Made by a program: the position numbers and the translations under genes | Shown here: positions 1-6,165 of the stretch, piece after piece | Position numbering within the stretch: position 1 is the first letter of the stretch | Layout of the letters: each line of letters begins with the position of its first letter | NCBI RefSeq assembly: GCF_029981845.1 | Contig: NZ_CP104164.1 | Coordinates: forward strand, 1,023,583-1,055,582 | Origin: Candidatus Bandiella numerosa | GTDB taxonomy: Bacteria > Pseudomonadota > Alphaproteobacteria > Rickettsiales > Midichloriaceae | DNA length: 32,000 nt | Reading direction: 5' to 3' | The notes under the pieces: model-generated | Told to the model about the DNA's origin: nothing | Database searches by the model: none | Seen by the model: only the letters and a program-made list of their open reading frames with translations

Positions 1-920
1 TTGGTTTTAGACCTACTCTTAACTGTCACGATGCAGTAAAAGCACTAAATACAGCGGTTATGAGGAAACCAATTAACTGTATAGTTGAAGTTGATATTAG
101 GAAATTCTTTGACAATGTTAATCACTATTGGCTTCAACGCTGCTTAGAAGAAAGAGTAAAAGACCGTAATTTATTATGGTTGATACGAAAATTCCTTAAA
201 GCAGGATATGTTGAAGAGGGTAGAATAGTAGCAACGGAAGTCGGGTGTCCACAAGGCGGCAACCTAAGTCCGTTATTAGCAAATATCTATCTACATTACA
301 TACTAGACTTGTGGTTTGAGAAACAAGTTAAACCACAGGCCAAAGATCATATGGAACTTATTCGTTACTGTGATGATTTTGTGGTGTGCTGTAAGAGTGA
401 GAATGATGCAAAACAGTTTCTAGAGATGCTTCAAACTAGATTAGAGAAATTTGGTTTAGCAATATCAGCAGATAAAACTAAAATTCTAAAATTTGGAAGA
501 CAAGTTTGGAAACAAACTCAAAGATGTGATAAGAAAGTAGAAACTTTCGATTTTCTTGGATTTACCCACTACTGTGGGAAGAGCAGACATGGATATTTCG
601 TAATGGGACATAAAACCAGCAGAAAGACTCTAAGTCGCAAACTTAAAGAAATCAAAGAATGGTTGAAAGCTATACGCAACAAGATACGTCTTAAAGAATG
701 GTGGCCAACTTTAAAATCTAAATTGACGGGACACTATAATTATTTCGGAATAAGTGGAAATTACCGCTGCTTAAATAAGTTTTACTACTTGGTATGCTTA
801 ATGGTGTTCAAGTGGATAAATAGAAGAAGTCAGAAGAAAAGTATGACTTTTGAATTTTATAACAACTATTTAAAATATAACCCATTACCAATTCCGAGGA
901 TAAGTTATGCACTGTATTGA
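1..920 (+). CDS. Group II intron-encoded reverse transcriptase/maturase (5' end outside window)
   Basis: The frame is open from base 3 (GFRPTLNCHDAVKALN...), upstream of the listed ATG at 60. RT motifs present: VDIRKFFDNVNH, CPQGGNLSPLLANIYLH, and RYCDDFVV (YxDD catalytic box). The C-terminus is maturase-like (LTGHYNYFGISGN). No HNH/En domain before the stop at 920. Confidence 0.9.
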   Translation, partial: GFRPTLNCHDAVKALNTAVMRKPINCIVEVDIRKFFDNVNHYWLQRCLEERVKDRNLLWLIRKFLKAGYVEEGRIVATEVGCPQGGNLSPLLANIYLHYILDLWFEKQVKPQAKDHMELIRYCDDFVVCCKSENDAKQFLEMLQTRLEKFGLAISADKTKILKFGRQVWKQTQRCDKKVETFDFLGFTHYCGKSRHGYFVMGHKTSRKTLSRKLKEIKEWLKAIRNKIRLKEWWPTLKSKLTGHYNYFGISGNYRCLNKFYYLVCLMVFKWINRRSQKKSMTFEFYNNYLKYNPLPIPRISYALY

Positions 921-948
921 GAGTCTATATGGCGAATATCATATTGAA

Positions 949-981
949 GAGCTGTGTGCGGGAAAGCTGCAAGCACGGTTC
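949..981 (+). ncRNA. Group II intron domain V
   Basis: GAGCTGTGTGCGGGAAAGCTGCAAGCACGGTTC. Outer helix GAGCUGUG/CACGGUUC, inner helix closed by a GAAA-type loop. It closely resembles the consensus GAGCCGUAUGCG..GAAA..CGCACGUACGGUUC, and lies 28 nt after the RT stop codon. Confidence 0.8.
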
Positions 982-1008
982 TGTAGGGGGAGTTATAACA
1001 CAAACTCT

Positions 1009-1680
1009 AAATTTCAAAATAATTTTAATGAGGAGTATAATGTTATGACTTCTACCAGACAAACAATATTCTTAGATCCAATTGATGATAATAAAAAAAC
1101 AGTATTGCTACAAATCAGAAACACAAGTGATAAATCAGGATTAGAAATTGAATCTAAAATTAGGTCGGCGATAGAAAGTAAAGGTTATAGAATAGTAAAT
1201 AGTACCCAAAGTGCCAATATAATGATTCAAGCCAATGTATTGCAAGTAGGAAAAAACACATTAGAAAATCCATTCCAAGCGTTAACTGGAGGCTATGGTA
1301 GTGGACTGGAAGGTTTCGCAACAGGAGCTGCAATAGCAGGAGCCACAGGAGGAAGTGGGAGAAGTATGCTTGGTATAGGATTGATTACAGGAATAGGTAA
1401 TACAGTGTTAGATGCAGCAGTGGAAGTAGTGAACTTTACAATGATAACAGATTTACAAATAAGTGAGAAAGCAGATGGAGAATATGTCAGTGAGAGTAGT
1501 GATGCCAATTTAAAGCAAGGAACAAGTGGGTATAAAAAATCCAGATGGGAGAAGAAGACAAATTGGAAGAAGTATCAAACGAGAATAATGAGTGTAGCAA
1601 AGAAAACCAATTTGAAATTTGAGGAGGCAGAGCCAAAGTTAACAGAAGGGCTAGTGAAATCAATATCAGGGTTATTATAA
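1009..1680 (+). CDS. traT: TraT surface-exclusion / complement-resistance lipoprotein, 3' exon only (signal peptide and lipobox not in window)
   Basis: Colinear with F TraT from about residue 25: QTIFLDP, TVLLQIRNTSDK, KGYRIV, IQANVLQVGK, VEVVNFTMITDLQISEK, LKQGTSG, KYQTRIMSVAKKTNLKFEEAEPKL. The listed ORF 907-1680 reads in frame out of intron domains V/VI, so its first ~34 codons are not traT. An internal ATG at 1045 is preceded by GAGGAG. Confidence 0.8.
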   Translation, partial: KFQNNFNEEYNVMTSTRQTIFLDPIDDNKKTVLLQIRNTSDKSGLEIESKIRSAIESKGYRIVNSTQSANIMIQANVLQVGKNTLENPFQALTGGYGSGLEGFATGAAIAGATGGSGRSMLGIGLITGIGNTVLDAAVEVVNFTMITDLQISEKADGEYVSESSDANLKQGTSGYKKSRWEKKTNWKKYQTRIMSVAKKTNLKFEEAEPKLTEGLVKSISGLL

Positions 1681-1698
1681 ACAAATAGAAAGGTAAAT

Positions 1699-2034
1699 AT
1701 GAGAGTTCAAGTAGGAAAATATATAAGAAAGTTTCAAGAAAACACCGTAATAAGTGGGGTAATAATAGAGGAGCCGCATATAGGGATTAATCAGGAAAAT
1801 GAGGTAACAGGAATTAGTTGGATGCATATAAGAGAATATAACTACAAGGAATGTGAGGTATTTATAAGGAGTGAAAGGATAGCAAGATATTGCAAAGAAA
1901 ACAGAGGGAAACTAGAAATTGGCAAAAGAGTCAAGGTAAGAGGAACGTTTAGTGAAGGGAAAAAAGTAGATTATATGTTGCTGGACAGCTATGGAGAAAT
2001 CACCATAGGTGAAGAAGATGAATTGAACAAATGA
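1699..2034 (+). CDS. Small hypothetical protein, possible OB-fold (distant paralogue of the next gene)
   Basis: 111-aa ORF with a GAAAGG RBS-like motif. Purine-loaded like the tra genes. It shares the pattern hydrophobic strand ... IGKRVKVRGTF with KAGKKVIVRGEL of the downstream SSB-like ORF. No family recognised with certainty. Confidence 0.4.
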   Translation: MRVQVGKYIRKFQENTVISGVIIEEPHIGINQENEVTGISWMHIREYNYKECEVFIRSERIARYCKENRGKLEIGKRVKVRGTFSEGKKVDYMLLDSYGEITIGEEDELNK

Positions 2035-2057
2035 TAGGGGAAAGGAGGCTTAATAAA

Positions 2058-2513
2058 ATGGTAAGAGATAGAAATATAGTTGAGTTAAGTGGCAGATTAG
2101 TCAGGGATATATGGCTAAGAGAGACTAAAGAAGGAAATGTGTATGGGATGGTAACGGTAGTAGTGAGGGGTAAAACAGAGAAGAAGGTAGATTTTTTTGA
2201 AATATTTGTGTGGAACAAAAGAATAATAGATCATTTTGGTAAGCATCTAAAAGCAGGTAAGAAGGTGATAGTAAGAGGGGAGTTAAGCAAATCAGAAAAA
2301 GGAGTATTTATCAATGTATTTGAGGATTATGGGGTAATGATATGCGTGGATGTGAGGGAGTTAAAAGCAAAAGCAGGAGAAGAATGGATAAGAGAGTTAG
2401 AAGAAGAGAATAAGGTATATGAGGAGAAGCTAAAAAAGTATGAGGAGGAAGTATCGAAAGAAGGAGTAGAAAGAGAGTTAGAGGAGGGTGTGGAAGTAGA
2501 TGTAATAAGGTGA
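2058..2513 (+). CDS. SSB-like OB-fold protein with Glu/Lys-rich C-terminal tail
   Basis: Strong RBS AAAGGAGG (2041-2048) before ATG 2058. The layout NIVELSGRLVRD...GNVYGMVTVVV...DFFEIFVWNKRIIDHFGKHLKAGKKVIVRGELS matches that of bacterial single-stranded DNA-binding proteins. The tail is charged and coiled-coil-like rather than the classic acidic tip. Confidence 0.55.
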   Translation: MVRDRNIVELSGRLVRDIWLRETKEGNVYGMVTVVVRGKTEKKVDFFEIFVWNKRIIDHFGKHLKAGKKVIVRGELSKSEKGVFINVFEDYGVMICVDVRELKAKAGEEWIRELEEENKVYEEKLKKYEEEVSKEGVERELEEGVEVDVIR

Positions 2514-2587
2514 GAATTATCAAATAATAAATTTAGGAAACTAGTTCCTAAAAAAACAAATAATAAATTAAAAAAGGAGAATAAAAA

Positions 2588-3016
2588 ATGAAGACAGTAA
2601 AAATAATTAAAAAAATGCAAACAGGGTTTGCCAATATATTGGTGAAAGGGCATTTAAAACTGGAGGGAATAAAAGAAGAATGCTTAAGATGCAGAGAAAG
2701 AAAAAGTGGAGAAGATAAGAAAATAAAGAGTGCTTTACAGGCATGCTCTTTAATTATACTTGGAGTTTTAATATTGTATCCAGAATATGGATTAGCAGGG
2801 ATTACTGATATTGCTGGTATAAAAACGCTAACAAAGAAAGTGCAGGATGATTCACAGGGATATTTAATACCGATGGTATTAAATGCAGCAGGGATAGCGA
2901 CAGCGGGTTTTGCATTAATATCACAGAGATGGACAATGTTAATGTTTGGAGCTGCATATTTAATATTTGTGAATGTATTTTTTGGATTTGTAAATGGCTC
3001 ATTCAAAGTAAGTTAA
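2588..3016 (+). CDS. traA: TraA-like F-type propilin
   Basis: Sits immediately upstream of traL-traE-traK-traB. RBS AAGGAGA is present. Long basic leader (~70 aa), then a ~70-aa region with two hydrophobic helices (YLIPMVLNAAGIATAGFALI, LMFGAAYLIFVNVFFGFV), as in F propilin. The assignment rests on topology and position, not on sequence identity. Confidence 0.6.
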   Translation: MKTVKIIKKMQTGFANILVKGHLKLEGIKEECLRCRERKSGEDKKIKSALQACSLIILGVLILYPEYGLAGITDIAGIKTLTKKVQDDSQGYLIPMVLNAAGIATAGFALISQRWTMLMFGAAYLIFVNVFFGFVNGSFKVS

Positions 3017-3027
3017 GGTGGGGGATA

Positions 3028-3315
3028 ATGTACGATAGGAATGTAATACTAAGATATTTAGATAACCCGACAAGAATAGCATTTTGGACGGTGGATGAAA
3101 TGGCGGCATTATTTGTGCCGCTAGCACTTGGATTTATATTTAGATTTCCAGTTACAGGGGTGGTGTTGAGTATAGCGATATATAATGCACTTAAATATGT
3201 AAAGCAAAACATAGGAGGAGGGTTTTTAAGGCATGCTATATATTGGTATTTACCTGGGATGCATAGACAGCTTAAATCAAAGGTAAGGTCTGATATTAGG
3301 GAGTATATTGGATAG
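3028..3315 (+). CDS. traL: TraL, F-type T4SS inner-membrane protein
   Basis: ATG 3028 is preceded by AAGGTGGGGG. RYLDNPTRIAFWTVDEMAALFVPLALGF matches the TraL family N-terminal motif. Positioned between the pilin gene and traE. The listed ORF 2929-3315 starts too early (it overlaps the pilin gene). Confidence 0.8.
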   Translation: MYDRNVILRYLDNPTRIAFWTVDEMAALFVPLALGFIFRFPVTGVVLSIAIYNALKYVKQNIGGGFLRHAIYWYLPGMHRQLKSKVRSDIREYIG

Positions 3316-3319
3316 TGAT

Positions 3320-3865
3320 ATGAGGATAGAAAGGTGGAATCAGAGTGTAGAGAAGTTATTAAAGCAGAGGAATGGGTTTTTAGTAATATCTTTAGGATTG
3401 ATGATAGCGAATATCATGCTTGGACTAATGTTATTTGGGAAGAATGAGAGGGTGATAATAGTACCTGCGTATATGAAGCAGAATGTGTGGAGTGAAGGGA
3501 GTTTAGTATCGGAGTCATATATAGAAGAGATGGCTTTATTTTTTAGTAAGCTGATGTTGGATACAACGCCTGACAGTCATGGATATAGAAAGGATGTGAT
3601 ACTTAGATATGTGGCCCCTCAGCATTATCATGATGTTGAGAAAAGATTAATAAGTGATGCGGAAAGAATGAAGAAAGAGGGAGTAACTACTGTATTTGCG
3701 CCAAAAGAGATAATAGTAGATGTTAAGGGATTAAAAGCTGAGATAGTGGGTGTGCTAACGAAATATATAGCAGGATCGAGAATGGGACAGAGTAAGGAGA
3801 TATATGAGATAGAGTTTGGGTATAGTGGTGGAATATTTATGTTAAAGAATTTTAAAAGTAAATAG
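3320..3865 (+). CDS. traE: TraE, F-type T4SS assembly protein
   Basis: Single N-terminal TM helix (FLVISLGLMIANIMLGLMLF) followed by a periplasmic domain. The overall pattern (VIIVPAYM..., ESYIEEMALFFSKLMLD) parallels F TraE. Canonical position. The alternative TTG start at 3308 overlaps the traL stop. Confidence 0.85.
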   Translation: MRIERWNQSVEKLLKQRNGFLVISLGLMIANIMLGLMLFGKNERVIIVPAYMKQNVWSEGSLVSESYIEEMALFFSKLMLDTTPDSHGYRKDVILRYVAPQHYHDVEKRLISDAERMKKEGVTTVFAPKEIIVDVKGLKAEIVGVLTKYIAGSRMGQSKEIYEIEFGYSGGIFMLKNFKSK

Positions 3866-3873
3866 GGATAATT

Positions 3874-4692
3874 ATGACAATAACAAAAATAGAAAAAAAG
3901 ATAATACAAATAAGTAGTGTAAGAGCAAAAGGCGGGAAAAGCAGAAAAAGCGAAAAAAAGGTAAGGGTTTTAGAGTATTTGATTTTATAACATTTGGGCT
4001 TATAAAATTTGGACTGGCGGTGTTTACAATGTCATTGGTAGTATTTGGAGTAAGTGAGGAGGGAGTAGCTGGAACGCAGAAATATGGATTAGAAGAGAAT
4101 AAAAGGATAGAGGGATATATGTCGAGGAATGAGGCAAATAGAGTAAAAATAGAAGGAGACAGGATAGTTGAGGTAATAGGGCTTGGGGAAGAATTTGGAC
4201 TTGAGAGTGACGAGAGATTAGGTCAAATATTTGTTAAATTGTTAGATGTAAATAGCAATAAGAATGCAGTATTTACAGTGGTGACGGAAAAGGGGAAGAC
4301 GCAAGACATAAGTTTAAAATTAAAGAAGGGAGGGGGAATTTATACTGATAAGTCAACTTGATTCTGAAAAAGCGAGTGAGAAGCTGATAGGAAGTAAGCA
4401 TATAAGGCATGATGAGATTGTAAACATGATTAAATATGTTAGGGGAGTCCCGTTAAAAGACAAGGGACAAGGTTATTTGAGTAAAGGTGGACTGGAGATA
4501 GAATTTGAAGGAGATAAGGTGGTAGGAAAGTACCGAGTAGAAGTATGGAAGTTATGCAATAAAGGAAAGGGCCAGAAGACATTACATGAAAAGCAGTTTG
4601 CTGGAGATGGAGTTGCAGCGATTATGTTAGAAAGCAGGACTTTAAGAGAGGGAGATGAGACGAAATTATATAAAGTAATATATAGTAGGTAA
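3874..4692 (+). pseudogene. traK: traK (secretin-like core component) disrupted by two frameshifts at homopolymer runs
   Basis: TraK-like sequence is spread over three frames: ATG 3874 to stop 3988; frame 3918-4361 (signal-like helix, SRNEANRVKIEGDRIVEV, FTVVTEKGKTQDISLKLKKGGG); frame 4336-4692 (EFILISQLD ... LYKVIYSR). The shifts coincide with the A7 run 3953-3959 and the G5 run 4332-4336. Confidence 0.7.
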
Positions 4693-4696
4693 AGTT

Positions 4697-5965
4697 ATGA
4701 CAAATCAAGAAGTTAATAATCAAGACAAAAGTAAACAGGCTCAAGGAATGAGAATTTGGGGGAGTTTAAGTGTAAGTGGCAAGCAATGGGTGGTAGCAAT
4801 AGTATTATTTACGGCACTTGGGACAGCTGGATTATTAGTGATGAAGCAAGTAAAGTCTACATGGACTACTGGGGATAGTAAAAAGGAAGAGGAGAAAACA
4901 CTCTATAAAGGACAGATAGAGTCTGTAGGAGATAAAGTGGATTCAGAAGCTGCGTGGAGGTATCAGCAGGAGAGTAAAATACAAGCATTACAAGATGGAA
5001 TATCGGGTATTAAGGAAGATTTAACAAAAGCAATCAATGCAAATGAGGAAGAAAGCATAAGAAATAGTGAAATAAGTGAAGTAGAATTATTAAAAGAGGA
5101 AATAGCGGCACTTAGGGATTTAATAGGGGGAGTGGCAAATCATGATCGAGTAGGTGGTGCGGGAGAAATGAAGCCATTTATAGAGAAGAAGGAGCAAGGA
5201 ATAAGAAAAATTAAAATAGAGTTAGGAAGTGGTGATAAGAGGGAGAAAGTTAAGAATAAGGAAGATACTATACCGGCAGGAAGTTTTGCGAAAGCAGTAT
5301 TACTTGGGGGTGTAGATGCATCAACAGCATTAACATCATCAAGTGATCCAAGGCCTATATTAATAAGATTGATAGATAGGGGAACATTACCTAGGAAGTT
5401 TCAAAGTGATTTGAAGGACTGTCATATAGTTGGGAGTGGATATGGAGATTTATCGAGTGAGAGGGTATTTGCGAGGTTAGAAAAGCTAACATGTGTTGAG
5501 AGGACGAGTGGAGAAATAATAGAGACGGAAGTTGCAGGATATGTGACAGGAGAGTATGGGAGAGCGGGGATAAAAGGAATAGTGGTAGAAAAGGGAAGGG
5601 GATATTTGGCAAAGAGTGTTTTGGGAGGAGTGTTACAGGGAGTAGCTGGAGTATTTAATCCAAGTCAACCGGCAGTGATAAATCCAATGGGAGCATTTAT
5701 ACCAAAGAGAAGTACGAGTGATAAATTTAATGAGGGGATGATGTCAGGAGCAAGCAGCAGTATGGATAGGTTATCGAAATATTATATAGATAGGGCTGAG
5801 AGTATACAGCCGATTATTCAAATTGAAAGTGGGAGAATAGTGGATGTGGTATTTACAGAAGGAGCAGATATTGGAAGTAGTAGAGTAAAAGAGAGATTAA
5901 GTATTAAGGGTGTAATTACAAATATAGGTGAATGCGGCATTAGGAATTCTAGACACCTCTTGTAA
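4697..5965 (+). CDS. traB: TraB (VirB10-like), copy 1; native 3' end replaced from 5909 by transposon inverted-repeat sequence
   Basis: N-terminal TM helix, coiled-coil region and conserved C-terminal domain (PAGSFAKAVLLGGVDAS, ILIRLIDRGTLP, GYGDLSSERVFARLEKL, IESGRIVDVVF). The last 19 codons (GVITNIGECGIRNSRHLL) are read from the element A inverted repeat. Copy 2 has REKELEVSKQEVNDNEY there instead. Confidence 0.9.
   Translation: MTNQEVNNQDKSKQAQGMRIWGSLSVSGKQWVVAIVLFTALGTAGLLVMKQVKSTWTTGDSKKEEEKTLYKGQIESVGDKVDSEAAWRYQQESKIQALQDGISGIKEDLTKAINANEEESIRNSEISEVELLKEEIAALRDLIGGVANHDRVGGAGEMKPFIEKKEQGIRKIKIELGSGDKREKVKNKEDTIPAGSFAKAVLLGGVDASTALTSSSDPRPILIRLIDRGTLPRKFQSDLKDCHIVGSGYGDLSSERVFARLEKLTCVERTSGEIIETEVAGYVTGEYGRAGIKGIVVEKGRGYLAKSVLGGVLQGVAGVFNPSQPAVINPMGAFIPKRSTSDKFNEGMMSGASSSMDRLSKYYIDRAESIQPIIQIESGRIVDVVFTEGADIGSSRVKERLSIKGVITNIGECGIRNSRHLL
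5349..5908 (+). repeat. Inverted repeat arm (traB 3' region), partner at 31441-32000
   Basis: Reverse complement of 31441-32000 aligns base for base (coordinate sum 37349) with no indels. I counted about ten substitutions. The repeat runs off the right window edge, so it is at least 560 bp. Confidence 0.9.
5908..5950 (+). repeat. Element A terminal inverted repeat, left core
   Basis: GGGTGTAATTACAAATATAGGTGAATGCGGCATTAGGAATTCT matches the reverse complement of 10425-10467 at 35 of 43 positions. Weaker similarity continues inward for roughly 130 bp (e.g. AAGAAATATTTTTTAAAG, ATTTATAG, AATTAATTATTTT). Confidence 0.8.
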
Positions 5966-6165
5966 AGGAATGTATAAGAAATATTTTTTAAAGTGCATTA
6001 CCTCAATTTATAGCAAAATTAATTATTTTATACTGTTAATTCATAATAATTTATATTTTTATACCCTCTAAATAACCGGCAACTAGGGTATTTATAAAAA
6101 TGCATCTTTTTTAATAACCGCCGTTCTTATCGTATAATAACTTATTTAACGATAACATATTTTAT

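Larger units (their letters stand above)
1..1010 (+). mobile_element. Group II intron, 3' portion (domain IV ORF, domain V, domain VI); 3' splice site approximate (+/-10 nt)
   Basis: RT ORF, then a canonical domain V at 949-981 and a short hairpin GGAGTT(989-994)/AACTCT(1003-1008). TraT-homologous coding sequence starts right after. The exact 3' boundary was not resolved by eye. Confidence 0.75.

Noticed and set aside
907-1044. N-terminal 46 residues of the listed ORF 907-1680 (MHCIESLYGEYHIEELCAGKLQARFCRGSYNTNSKF...)
   Set aside because: This stretch reads through group II intron domains V and VI. It is in frame with traT by accident and has no TraT similarity or signal peptide. Only sequence after about 1009 is traT.
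2536-2550. Small hairpin AGGAA-ACTAG-TTCCT upstream of the pilin gene as a terminator
   Set aside because: The stem is only 5 bp, AT-rich, and followed by an A-run rather than a T-run on the transcribed strand. It is not convincing as an intrinsic terminator.
4020-4692. ORFs 4020-4361 and 4426-4692 as two separate small proteins
   Set aside because: Together they are colinear with a single TraK. The break falls in a G5 run, and the sequence between them (4336-4425) continues the TraK alignment in the second frame.
5349-5908. The inverted traB duplication as a pure assembly artefact (collapsed or duplicated repeat)
   Set aside because: The two arms differ at about ten positions, mostly synonymous, and diverge cleanly at a transposon IR. 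This indicates real paralogous copies. Mis-joins at the transposon junctions still need read-level confirmation.
6090-6112. Imperfect palindrome around ATGCAT (TAAAAATGCATCTTTTTTA) downstream of tnpA as a terminator or binding site
   Set aside because: It is an AT-only imperfect stem in very AT-rich sequence. It is not distinguishable from chance by eye.
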